Assembly: GCF_003334385.1 (NCBI RefSeq)
Contig: NZ_QOWN01000012.1
DNA: 64,000 bases
Direction: 5' to 3' (one strand)
Origin: Escherichia coli
GTDB lineage: Bacteria; Pseudomonadota; Gammaproteobacteria; Enterobacterales; Enterobacteriaceae
Positions 54,978 to 63,984 of this stretch are shown piece after piece (position 1 is the first letter of the stretch; every line of letters begins with the position of its first letter). The position numbers and the translations under genes were made by a program. The notes under the pieces are model-generated. The model saw only the letters and a list, made by a program, of their open reading frames with translations, was not told where the DNA came from and made no database searches.

Positions 54978-56756
54978 ATGGAGCTTGCTACTACGCAGTC
55001 AGTATTGATGCAAATTCAACCGACAATTCAGCGTTTTGCCAGAATGCTTGCCAGCGTTTTGCAGCTTGAGGTTGAGATCGTTGATGAAAACTTGTGTCGC
55101 GTTGCCGGAACGGGCGCGTATGGGAAGTTTCTTGGTCGCCAGTTGAGCGGCAACTCACGCCTGCTCCGCCACGTCCTGGAAACGAAAACTGAAAAAGTTG
55201 TGACACAGTCTCGCTTCGATCCCCTTTGCGAAGGTTGCGATAGTAAAGAAAATTGCCGCGAAAAAGCATTTCTGGGTACGCCTGTCATTTTACAGGATCG
55301 TTGTGTTGGGGTGATAAGTTTGATTGCCGTTACCCACGAGCAACAAGAGCATATCAGTGATAATTTACGCGAATTTTCTGATTATGTTCGCCATATATCC
55401 ACCATTTTTGTTTCGAAACTTCTGGAGGATCAGGGGCCAGGAGATAACATCAGTAAAATATTTGCGACCATGATCGATAATATGGATCAGGGCGTATTAG
55501 TTGTAGATGATGAAAATCGGGTTCAGTTTGTTAATCAGACTGCCTTAAAAACACTTGGTGTTGTGCAAAATAATATTATTGGGAAACCTATCCGTTTCAG
55601 ACCATTAACATTTGAGAGTAATTTTACCCATGGACATATGCAGCATATTGTTTCATGGGACGATAAAAGTGAATTAATCATTGGTCAATTGCATAACATT
55701 CAGGGCCGACAATTATTTTTAATGGCGTTTCACCAATCGCATACCAGTTTTTCTGTAGCAAATGCACCTGATGAACCGCATATTGAACAATTGGTTGGCG
55801 AGTGCCGTGTTATGCGGCAATTAAAACGACTCATTAGCCGTATTGCACCCAGCCCATCCAGCGTTATGGTGGTTGGTGAAAGCGGCACGGGTAAAGAAGT
55901 CGTCGCCCGTGCAATCCATAAGTTGAGCGGAAGACGGAATAAACCCTTTATTGCTATCAACTGTGCCGCGATTCCGGAGCAGCTTCTGGAGAGCGAACTG
56001 TTCGGTTATGTTAAAGGTGCATTTACTGGCGCTTCTGCCAACGGTAAAACAGGGTTGATTCAGGCGGCGAATACGGGCACGCTGTTTCTCGATGAAATAG
56101 GTGATATGCCATTAATGTTGCAGGCTAAATTACTGCGCGCTATTGAGGCACGTGAAATTCTGCCGATTGGTGCCAGTAGCCCAATACAAGTCGACATTCG
56201 CATCATTTCTGCAACTAATCAGAATTTGGCCCAGTTCATTGCCGAAGGTAAATTCCGCGAAGATCTCTTCTACCGACTTAATGTTATCCCGATAACTCTG
56301 CCACCGCTGCGTGAACGTCAGGAAGATATTGAACTATTGGTGCATTACTTTTTACATCTGCATACCCGTCGTCTGGGATCGGTTTATCCTGGCATTGCTC
56401 CCGATGTCGTCGAAATATTGCGTAAGCATCGTTGGCCCGGAAACCTGCGCGAGTTAAGCAATTTGATGGAATATCTGGTTAACGTGGTTCCTTCAGGTGA
56501 AGTTATCGACAGCACGCTATTGCCGCCAAATCTGCTGAATAATGGCACAACGGAGCAAAGTGATGTAACAGAGGTCAGTGAGGCGCACCTGTCACTCGAT
56601 GATGCGGGCGGCACGGCGCTGGAGGAGATGGAAAAGCAAATGATCCGCGAGGCGCTTTCACGTCATAACAGCAAGAAGCAAGTTGCTGATGAACTGGGCA
56701 TCGGCATTGCTACGCTCTATCGCAAGATTAAGAAATATGAGTTGTTAAACACATAA
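54978..56756 (+). CDS. ygeV: sigma54-dependent transcriptional activator YgeV (592 aa)
   Basis: AAA+ core with Walker A GESGTGKE and the sigma54-contact motif GAFTGA, plus a C-terminal HTH (IGIATLYRKIKKY). Recognised. Confidence 0.95.
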   Translation: MELATTQSVLMQIQPTIQRFARMLASVLQLEVEIVDENLCRVAGTGAYGKFLGRQLSGNSRLLRHVLETKTEKVVTQSRFDPLCEGCDSKENCREKAFLGTPVILQDRCVGVISLIAVTHEQQEHISDNLREFSDYVRHISTIFVSKLLEDQGPGDNISKIFATMIDNMDQGVLVVDDENRVQFVNQTALKTLGVVQNNIIGKPIRFRPLTFESNFTHGHMQHIVSWDDKSELIIGQLHNIQGRQLFLMAFHQSHTSFSVANAPDEPHIEQLVGECRVMRQLKRLISRIAPSPSSVMVVGESGTGKEVVARAIHKLSGRRNKPFIAINCAAIPEQLLESELFGYVKGAFTGASANGKTGLIQAANTGTLFLDEIGDMPLMLQAKLLRAIEAREILPIGASSPIQVDIRIISATNQNLAQFIAEGKFREDLFYRLNVIPITLPPLRERQEDIELLVHYFLHLHTRRLGSVYPGIAPDVVEILRKHRWPGNLRELSNLMEYLVNVVPSGEVIDSTLLPPNLLNNGTTEQSDVTEVSEAHLSLDDAGGTALEEMEKQMIREALSRHNSKKQVADELGIGIATLYRKIKKYELLNT

Positions 56757-56765
56757 CCTCAGTGA

Positions 56766-56789
56766 ATCCGGCCTGAATTCAGGCCGGAT
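56766..56789. terminator. bidirectional terminator between ygeV and xdhC
   Basis: Perfect palindrome ATCCGGCCTGAATTCAGGCCGGAT. Confidence 0.75.
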
Positions 56790-56795
56790 ATCCTT

Positions 56796-57275
56796 TTACT
56801 TCGTTTTCTCGCAATCCAGAACTGTATTTACAATCATCTGATACCCCGTGCAGCGACAAAGATTTCCCGCCAGTCCGCGACGAATTTCCGTAATGGTTAA
56901 TGGCTTCTCGCGTGGTTTCGCCAGCATTGCCGTGGTAGCCATAATCAGGCCAGGCGTACAAAACCCGCACTGCACTGCGCCGGATTTCGCATAAGCCTGC
57001 TGAACATGAGAAAGTTTTCCGCCTTTCGCTTCACCTTCCAGCGTGCGGATCTCTTTTCCTTCAGCCCAGGCGGCAAGGTATAAGCAACTGTCTATTGCTG
57101 TGCCGTCGACCAACACCGTACAGGCACCACATTCACCCACGCAGCACCCTTGTTTGACACTTAGCAGTCCTTGTTCGCGGAGTAATTCCGAGAGCGGCGT
57201 GCCTGGTGCGGCGTGAAGCTGAAAAGGCATCCCGTTAATGGTGCATTCGATGGTAATTGTTTCGCTGTGATTCAT
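56796..57275 (-). CDS. xdhC: xanthine dehydrogenase Fe-S subunit (159 aa)
   Basis: Intact 2x[2Fe-2S] ligands: [12 protein letters not shown] and [14 protein letters not shown]. Confidence 0.95.
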
Positions 57276-58150
57276 TGCAATTTTCCCCCCGCCGCGGCGA
57301 CGGCTTCGCTAATCACTTTTTTGGTCATCGTCTGGATGAGATGCAGACGAAACTCTTTACTGGCCCGCCATGAAGAACGCGGGGCGACATCTTGCAGGAC
57401 AGATTCGCTGATAGCTTCCAGCGTTTGCAGGTTTAATGGCGCATTTTGTGCAGTCTGTTCGGCATGTTGGCAGCGAATCGGCGTTGGCGCGGCAACACCA
57501 AATGCCAGGCGTAATTCGCTGAAATTGCCGTTATCCAGTCGGCAATGTGCGGCGCAGCCAATCGTTGAAATATCCATTGCGTCGCGCATGGCATATTTAA
57601 AATGCGCGCTGCCCGCGTGTTCTTTCGGCTGTGGCGGAAAATGAAAGGCGACGAGGATTTCGTCATGCTCAAGAGACACTTTGCCCGGCCCGGTGTGAAA
57701 GCCATTAATCGGGACGAAACGAACACCGCGCGGGGAGTGGATCTCCAGTTTCGCGTCATAAATTAGCGTTGGCGTGGCAGAATCTGCGCTGGTGGCACCG
57801 TTGCAAATATTTCCACCGTAGGTAGCGACGTTACGGATCTGCGGTCCAGCAATGGACGTGGCCGCAGCACATAACGCCGGGAGATGACGTTGAGTTATAG
57901 GATCTTCTATTAGCTGGGTAAATGTCGTTGCAGAGCCGATACGTAGCGAGCCATCTTCCGCCAGCGTAATTCCCCGCAGCTCCGCCAGATTATGAATATC
58001 AACAATATGGCGATAACGGTCATTGTGATGGTGGAGCTGAATCAGTACGTCAGTGCCACCGGCGAGCAGTTTGGCCTGCGGGTTGTCAGCCAGCAGGTTG
58101 ATGGCATCGGCAAGGGTTGCTGCGCGATGGTAAGAAGCAAAATCAAACAT
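57272..58150 (-). CDS. xdhB: xanthine dehydrogenase FAD-binding subunit (292 aa)
   Basis: 292-aa ORF with [16 protein letters not shown] overlap with xdhC. Confidence 0.95.
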
Positions 58151-58160
58151 GATGTTATCC

Positions 58161-60419
58161 TCAAATCAATCCTGCCAGATGGAACTCTTCATATAACCGT
58201 TTTGGCGTCAGCGGCAGTGTATTGATTGCAACACCGGTAGCCATCTTCACCGCGTTACGAATAGCAGCGGCAACAGGAATTATTGGTGGCTCACCCAGTG
58301 ACTTATGTCCGTATGCGGATTGCGGCTCATTGATTTCGACGAACGCGCTTTCCAGTTGTGGCAGATCCGGCATGGTCGGCATTTTGTAATCCAGCAGATT
58401 GGGGTTACGGACCACGCCGCTTTTAGCATCGATGATCATCTCTTCAAATAGCGCCCAGCCAATGCCCATTCCCATTCCGCCGTGTACCTGACCTTCTGCC
58501 AGCAGTGGATTAAGAATATGCCCTGAATCATGAACGTTGAGGATGCGGTTGATGGTGACTTTGCACAGCGCAATATCGACCGTCAGATCAACAAAGGTAC
58601 AGCCAAACGCCGGTGGGTTAGTGGTGGTTTTGATGGAGCTTTCAGCAGAGAGCTGCCCGCCGCGTTCAGGGTGGTAGAAAGCGTCCATCGCCAAATCTTT
58701 TAACGACATTAACGGCTCTTCCGGTCGTTCAACCAGCACGATATGGCCTTTTATCAGGGTCAGATTCATCGCTGACTGATGTAGCATGACTGCGGCGTGA
58801 GCGATGATTTTCTCTTTTAATAATAGTGCCGCACTGCGCAGCGCAGGCGCGGCAACATAGCTCTGGCGTGAGGCAAATGCGCCGGGATCGAACGGCGTAA
58901 CGTCGGTATCTTGAGTTGAAATAACGCGAACGTCGCTGACCGGAACCCCCACGGTTTCTGCCACCATTTGCGAGAAGACGGTGTCGGCACCCTGACCGAT
59001 TTCCGTCGCGCCGCTTTGCACGTTGATGGTTCCATCCTGATTCATCAGAAGGCGCGCGCCTGCTATTTCTACGCCGACAGGCCAGGTGTTAGAGGTGTAG
59101 CTAAAACAGGCGACGCCAACGCCGCGGCGCAAATTGCCTTGCTGGTTCTGGCATTCTGCACGGCGTTTTTCCCATTCAAAGATTTTCCGGCCTTTTTCAA
59201 GACACTCCGGCAACCCTGCGCTGTAAATACGTTTGCCCGTGAGCGGATTAGCATCTCCTTCGCGGGCGGCGTTGCGTAAACGAATTTCAACAGGATCAAT
59301 ACCTAACGCTGTCGCGGCGTCATCAAGCATAGACTCAACGGCAAATACGACTTGTGGCGCGCCATAACCACGCATCGCACCAGCCGAGGGGAGGTTGGTA
59401 TAGCAGGTCTTTGAACTGTAAGCGTAGGCACAACGAGGATAAAGGTAAGCGACTTTATTCCCCCCCGCAGAAGCGATGGAGTGCCCGTGAGATGCATAAG
59501 CGCCGGTGTTAGACAGAACATCCAGACTATAACCTTTCAATGTTCCGTCGCGGTTCACGCCCATTTGCCCGTCAATGGTAAAAGCGTGGCGGGTACGGGT
59601 TGCGAGGAAACACTCTTCACGGCTAAGGGAAACTTTCACCGGAATGCCGCCAAGCTTGCTGGTCAGGAATGCCGCCATTGGCTCTTCCAGTACATCCTGT
59701 TTATTACCAAAACCGCCACCGACAAATGGTTTGATGACTCGTACGCATGACCAGGGAATATCCAGCGCCTGACCAACCACGCGGCGAACAATGTGCGGGA
59801 TCTGGGTGCTGGAAACGATGGTAATTCGCGAGTCATCCTCCATCCACGCCAGCGATGTTACGCTTTCCATGTGACAATGTTGAATAACGGGGGTCTGATA
59901 GTGCCCCTGTACCTGGTAGTCGGCGGCATCGATTGTTTGTTGGACATTACCCGTCGACATCGTGCTTTGTTTCAGTAAATTGCCACCGTTATGGATTGGT
60001 GCAGCGTCTTCTGCCAGCGCCGCTTCTGGCGTGGTGATAACGGGTAATTCTTGCCACTCAATGCTGACCAATTGCGCCGCTTTTTCTGCCGTGAGTTCAT
60101 CGCGGGCCACGACGATGGCAACGGCGTCACCATGATGACGAACATGGCGAGTTAGCAGTGCGCGATCGGCGGTATCGCGCTTGTTTTCGTCAAGTGTCCA
60201 GGCATGCCCAGCTGTAGCGAATGGAATATCAGGCACATCTTCCCAGGTAAAAATCGCCAGTACGCCCGGCAAACTTCTGGCTTGTTCATCATTAATACTT
60301 ACGGCATAACCATGTGCGATAGGGCTACGTACATATTTCGCATAACACATGCCCGCCATAACATAATCGTCAGTATATCGTGCCCGCCCGGTGACCTTAG
60401 CAATGGCATCGACGCGCAT
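58161..60419 (-). CDS. xdhA: xanthine dehydrogenase molybdenum-binding subunit (752 aa)
   Basis: ORF 58161..60458, recognised start MRVDAIAKVTGRARYTDDY. Motif GGGFGNK. Confidence 0.94.
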   Translation of the reverse strand: MRVDAIAKVTGRARYTDDYVMAGMCYAKYVRSPIAHGYAVSINDEQARSLPGVLAIFTWEDVPDIPFATAGHAWTLDENKRDTADRALLTRHVRHHGDAVAIVVARDELTAEKAAQLVSIEWQELPVITTPEAALAEDAAPIHNGGNLLKQSTMSTGNVQQTIDAADYQVQGHYQTPVIQHCHMESVTSLAWMEDDSRITIVSSTQIPHIVRRVVGQALDIPWSCVRVIKPFVGGGFGNKQDVLEEPMAAFLTSKLGGIPVKVSLSREECFLATRTRHAFTIDGQMGVNRDGTLKGYSLDVLSNTGAYASHGHSIASAGGNKVAYLYPRCAYAYSSKTCYTNLPSAGAMRGYGAPQVVFAVESMLDDAATALGIDPVEIRLRNAAREGDANPLTGKRIYSAGLPECLEKGRKIFEWEKRRAECQNQQGNLRRGVGVACFSYTSNTWPVGVEIAGARLLMNQDGTINVQSGATEIGQGADTVFSQMVAETVGVPVSDVRVISTQDTDVTPFDPGAFASRQSYVAAPALRSAALLLKEKIIAHAAVMLHQSAMNLTLIKGHIVLVERPEEPLMSLKDLAMDAFYHPERGGQLSAESSIKTTTNPPAFGCTFVDLTVDIALCKVTINRILNVHDSGHILNPLLAEGQVHGGMGMGIGWALFEEMIIDAKSGVVRNPNLLDYKMPTMPDLPQLESAFVEINEPQSAYGHKSLGEPPIIPVAAAIRNAVKMATGVAINTLPLTPKRLYEEFHLAGLI

Positions 60420-60513
60420 GCATGATTCACCCGTAGCGGTTGCTTCCCGCGCTTCCATAGAAATCCCCTCGATTTGAACATTTGGTTCTTATGGCAAAGA
60501 TTTAGTCTAAGCA

Positions 60514-60529
60514 GGCAAGATTTACGCCA
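60514..60529 (-). promoter_or_regulatory. candidate sigma54 (-24/-12) promoter for xdhABC
   Basis: Minus strand TGGCGT-AAATC-TTGCC, 95 nt upstream of the xdhA ATG. Confidence 0.5.
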
Positions 60530-60619
60530 GAAACGACGATAAGCGTTAGGGGAGGTAGGAAGTGTGATGACGTTAAAAAAACACAGATATGATACGAAAC
60601 AGGACTCTGAATAGGGGCA

Positions 60620-60639
60620 GTGATACGTATCAATATGAG
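60620..60639 (-). promoter_or_regulatory. shared purine-cluster motif copy 3 (CTCATATTGATAC) overlapping an FNR/CRP-family-like palindrome
   Basis: Minus strand reads CTCATATTGATACGTATCAC. TTGAT-ACGT-ATCAC matches 9 of 10 positions of TTGAT-N4-ATCAA. Confidence 0.4.
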
Positions 60640-60872
60640 TGGCGATAAAATCAATGTGATAAATTGGGATTATTACGCATCAGGATGGGAAATAGGGTAA
60701 AAAGTCAGGAAGTTCGATACCTCTACAGCGAATATTTTGCTGATGATACTTCCCTTTGCCAAATGAAATTAACCTCTTTCTCTATTACCACGTTTTTCCA
60801 GAAGCAAGAGATTGGGTATCAAGAGGCTGGCTGCTATGATAAGGCGTCTTGTTTTTTAAGCGAGGAAAGATT

Positions 60873-61628
60873 TTGAGTGCGGGACGCCTGAATAAAAAAT
60901 CTCTGGGTATCGTGATGTTGTTATCGGTTGGACTGCTTTTGGCGGGCTGTTCGGGTAGCAAATCATCCGATACAGGAACGTATTCCGGCTCCGTTTACAC
61001 CGTGAAACGGGGGGATACGCTATATCGTATTTCGCGCACCACGGGAACCAGCGTAAAAGAACTGGCGCGACTGAACGGCATTTCCCCCCCTTACACCATT
61101 GAAGTTGGTCAGAAACTAAAACTGGGTGGGGCGAAAAGTAGCAGTATTACACGTAAATCAACCGCCAAATCAACGACCAAAACCGCATCGGTTACACCGT
61201 CATCAGCGGTACCGAAATCATCCTGGCCGCCAGTAGGGCAACGTTGTTGGTTATGGCCAACGACAGGGAAAGTTATCATGCCGTATTCGACAGCAGATGG
61301 CGGCAATAAAGGGATTGATATCTCAGCTCCACGGGGTACACCTATTTACGCCGCGGGTGCAGGAAAGGTGGTGTATGTGGGCAACCAGCTGCGTGGCTAC
61401 GGTAATCTCATCATGATTAAACACAGTGAAGATTACATTACGGCTTACGCCCATAATGACACGATGCTGGTAAATAATGGGCAAAGCGTGAAGGCTGGGC
61501 AAAAAATCGCCACTATGGGGAGCACGGATGCGGCATCTGTTCGCCTGCATTTCCAGATTCGTTACCGTGCAACGGCAATTGATCCGCTACGTTACTTGCC
61601 GCCTCAGGGCAGCAAGCCAAAATGCTGA
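60873..61628 (+). CDS. ygeR: LysM + M23-peptidase-domain lipoprotein YgeR (251 aa)
   Basis: TTG start inside track ORF 60849..61628. Lipobox LLAGC, a LysM domain (YTVKRGDTLYRISR) and an M23 body. Recognised. Confidence 0.9.
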   Translation: MSAGRLNKKSLGIVMLLSVGLLLAGCSGSKSSDTGTYSGSVYTVKRGDTLYRISRTTGTSVKELARLNGISPPYTIEVGQKLKLGGAKSSSITRKSTAKSTTKTASVTPSSAVPKSSWPPVGQRCWLWPTTGKVIMPYSTADGGNKGIDISAPRGTPIYAAGAGKVVYVGNQLRGYGNLIMIKHSEDYITAYAHNDTMLVNNGQSVKAGQKIATMGSTDAASVRLHFQIRYRATAIDPLRYLPPQGSKPKC

Positions 61629-61661
61629 TGGCGAATTAATCAGCAGTCAGCAGCGTGGCAC

Positions 61662-61689
61662 TTGCTAAGGAGAGCGTAAGGTTTATAAT
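61662..61689 (+). promoter_or_regulatory. sigma70 promoter of glyU
   Basis: TTGCTA, 16 nt spacer, TATAAT, ending 18 nt before the mature tRNA 5' end. Confidence 0.6.
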
Positions 61690-61706
61690 GCCTTACGCAT
61701 CTCGAA

Positions 61707-61780
61707 GCGGGCGTAGTTCAATGGTAGAACGAGAGCTTCCCAAGCTCTATACGAGGGTTCGATTCCCTTCGCCCGCTCCA
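61707..61780 (+). tRNA. glyU: tRNA-Gly (anticodon CCC)
   Basis: 74-nt sequence GCGGGCGTAGTTCAATGGTAGAACGAGAGCTTCCCAAGCTCTATACGAGGGTTCGATTCCCTTCGCCCGCTCCA. It folds as a cloverleaf by hand with anticodon loop TTCCCAA and an encoded CCA. Confidence 0.95.
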
Positions 61781-61914
61781 TGACCATTCTTAAAGTATCT
61801 CAACTTACTGAATCCTAAGGGATATGGCTTTAAGCCTTCCGATAGTTTTACTCACTGTAACCAACACTGTGACTAACTTTGTTGAAATTGTGAGCAGATC
61901 TAAGGTCTCAGTAC

Positions 61915-63522
61915 ATGCTCAATTCCAGAACTTATCTTTATCAGCGGAATGGCGTCTTCTATATCCGTCTTAGGATGAAGGCCGCTGGTCCCTTCCCGGC
62001 TTCGCTTCCACAACATAAACGTTATAAACTTACGTCAGTATCATTACGGACTAAGGACAGACGTACCGCTATGGCTCACTCTCGGCACATCAAGGCAGCT
62101 CTTAGGGCAATCCATGCAGACAGACCAGACACTTCCTATGAGGAAATGAGGGAACACCTTAGGGATATCGCTGAGTGGGAATTGTCTACCGGGCGTTCAG
62201 ACCTCTTTGAGTCGGACATGAGAGACCTGTATCGTGACCAGTACGGAGAACTCGGTGAGAACCTTACGGATGCCTTGGCGAGTGAACTGCTTAGTATTGA
62301 CCAGCATCGCTACATTCATGAGGCCTTGGGAGTACTTAAGGCGTGTATGAAGCGTATCGAAACGGGAGACAGTAAGCCTCTTATAGATTATGTCGATGGA
62401 TTTGATGATATTGATCGGTCGAATGGTAAGGCCCCTGCGTCCCAATCTGTAAGTACTCCAGAAGTTAAACCCGGTGTCACCGTAGAGAGCCTTTTTGAGC
62501 AATACGAAGCGGAGAATTCACAGAACTGGAAGCCTGCCACCTTAAGGGAAAACAAAGCGTCTCATACTGCGTTACTCGAAATCTTTGACCATCTGGGCCT
62601 TAATGATGATGCCAATGCGATAACACGTGCTGACATACTTAGTGTTCGTAATGTGCTCCAGCAGTTACCTAAGAATCGCAAGCAGCGTTTCAAGGATGCC
62701 ACGTTGATTGATCTTCTGAACCGTGAAGATAAGACCGATTGTCTGGATGTGGTTACTATCAATAATAAATATCTCATTAAGATGGCGGCTGTCTTCAAGT
62801 GGGCTGTACGTAATGACCTTATTAAAAAGAATATGACAGAAGGGCTGGAACTGAAGGCTCCCCAGCGTAAAGCCTCAGAGGCCCGTAATGCTTTCTCTAC
62901 GGAGCAGGTAAACCAACTATTGTCTGCCGCCCAAGTTTACTCACAGAGGCCTTCTGGTAAGCCCTATCACTATTACGTTACCGTTTTGGCTGCTATCACT
63001 GGAGCAAGACTTAATGAAGTAGCTCAGCTACAGGTCAAGGATGTCAGAGCCACAGAAGCCGGAACCGTTTATATCCATATCAATGAGGACGACAGTAGCT
63101 TACCCGGTAAGAGTATCAAGAACGCCCACAGTGATCGCTGTGTCCCACTGATCGATGGTGCCTATGGTTTTGTATTGGCGGATTTTATGAAGCTGGTAGA
63201 AGCCCGCAGAAGCGCTTTAGGTGATGATGCTATGGTGTTTGACGGTCTTCGTCTTATGAAGAATGGCTACGGTGAGCAAGTAAGCAAATGGTTTAACCGG
63301 ACGTTGTTACCGAAAGTTCTAACTGATCGTGACGGTATGGCATTCCATTCGTTCAGGCATACAGTTGCGACACAGTTAAAACAACATGGCGTCGAGTTGG
63401 CTTACGCTCAGGCGATCATGGGACATAGTTCAGGGTCTATTACATATGACCGTTACGCTAAAGAGGTTGAGGTGGATAGGTTGGTTAATGTGATGGTAGG
63501 TATTTATAAGGAGGTAAAGTAA
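61915..63522 (+). CDS. tyrosine-type site-specific integrase (535 aa)
   Basis: C-terminal catalytic signature: AITGARLNEVAQL (Arg), HSFRHTVATQL (HxxR) and MGHSSGSITYDRYAK (His/Tyr). The N-terminus YLYQRNGVFYIRLR resembles the DUF6538-type arm domain. Confidence 0.88.
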   Translation: MLNSRTYLYQRNGVFYIRLRMKAAGPFPASLPQHKRYKLTSVSLRTKDRRTAMAHSRHIKAALRAIHADRPDTSYEEMREHLRDIAEWELSTGRSDLFESDMRDLYRDQYGELGENLTDALASELLSIDQHRYIHEALGVLKACMKRIETGDSKPLIDYVDGFDDIDRSNGKAPASQSVSTPEVKPGVTVESLFEQYEAENSQNWKPATLRENKASHTALLEIFDHLGLNDDANAITRADILSVRNVLQQLPKNRKQRFKDATLIDLLNREDKTDCLDVVTINNKYLIKMAAVFKWAVRNDLIKKNMTEGLELKAPQRKASEARNAFSTEQVNQLLSAAQVYSQRPSGKPYHYYVTVLAAITGARLNEVAQLQVKDVRATEAGTVYIHINEDDSSLPGKSIKNAHSDRCVPLIDGAYGFVLADFMKLVEARRSALGDDAMVFDGLRLMKNGYGEQVSKWFNRTLLPKVLTDRDGMAFHSFRHTVATQLKQHGVELAYAQAIMGHSSGSITYDRYAKEVEVDRLVNVMVGIYKEVK

Positions 63523-63984
63523 ATGGCAATTCCATATGAACCAGCGGAGTTCAAGAAAGAAGCTTTTAACTGTCCGTACTGTCAGGCGTATGCTAAGCAA
63601 AAGTGGGACCAATTATTTCCTTACTATGATGAAATGGCTTTCCCTATGCATGTGTCACAATGTGAGCGCTGTGAGGAGTACTCATATTGGTTTGAGGAGT
63701 CCCTCCTAATTCCTGCATCTGCGAATGTTGAAATGCCGAACCCAGACATGCCGGAGGATTGTAAGTCCGACTACATGGAAGCCAGGAGCATCGTCAATCT
63801 GTCTCCTAAAGGGGCCGCTGCACTTCTCCGTCTATGTCTTCAGAAACTGATGGTCCACTTGGGCGAGCCGGGGAAAAACATTAACGACGACATTAAGTCT
63901 CTCGTGGAAAAAGGGTTACCTCCCATAAGCGCTAACTTAAGGGTTGAACCATCTGAAGAATGCGACGCCTCGGTGCCTCGTTAA
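63523..63984 (+). CDS. zinc-ribbon + DUF4145-like protein, apparently C-terminally truncated or disrupted (153 aa)
   Basis: The start abuts the integrase stop (TAAATG). CPYC(17-20)..CERC(47-50), followed by [49 protein letters not shown], which I recognise as the first half of the DUF4145 fold. The tail [19 protein letters not shown] is unrelated. Confidence 0.6.
   Translation: MAIPYEPAEFKKEAFNCPYCQAYAKQKWDQLFPYYDEMAFPMHVSQCERCEEYSYWFEESLLIPASANVEMPNPDMPEDCKSDYMEARSIVNLSPKGAAALLRLCLQKLMVHLGEPGKNINDDIKSLVEKGLPPISANLRVEPSEECDASVPR

Noticed and set aside
60664-60876. 70-aa ORF upstream of and overlapping the ygeR start, and the 63-aa ORF 19708..19899(-)
   Set aside because: Both fall in divergent promoter regions. 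They have no SD, odd composition and no recognisable fold.
61657-61667. TGGCACTTGCT upstream of glyU, which resembles sigma54 elements
   Set aside because: The TGGCAC and TTGC abut with no 5-nt spacer, so GG and GC are not 12 nt apart. The TTGCTA instead works as the -35 of a good sigma70 promoter (16-nt spacer to TATAAT).
61781-61914. Expected ETT2 genes (ygeQ and others) or an obvious att core immediately after glyU
   Set aside because: Nothing in the 134-bp spacer or beyond resembles the ETT2 genes I know. The att duplication cannot be identified without the other island end.
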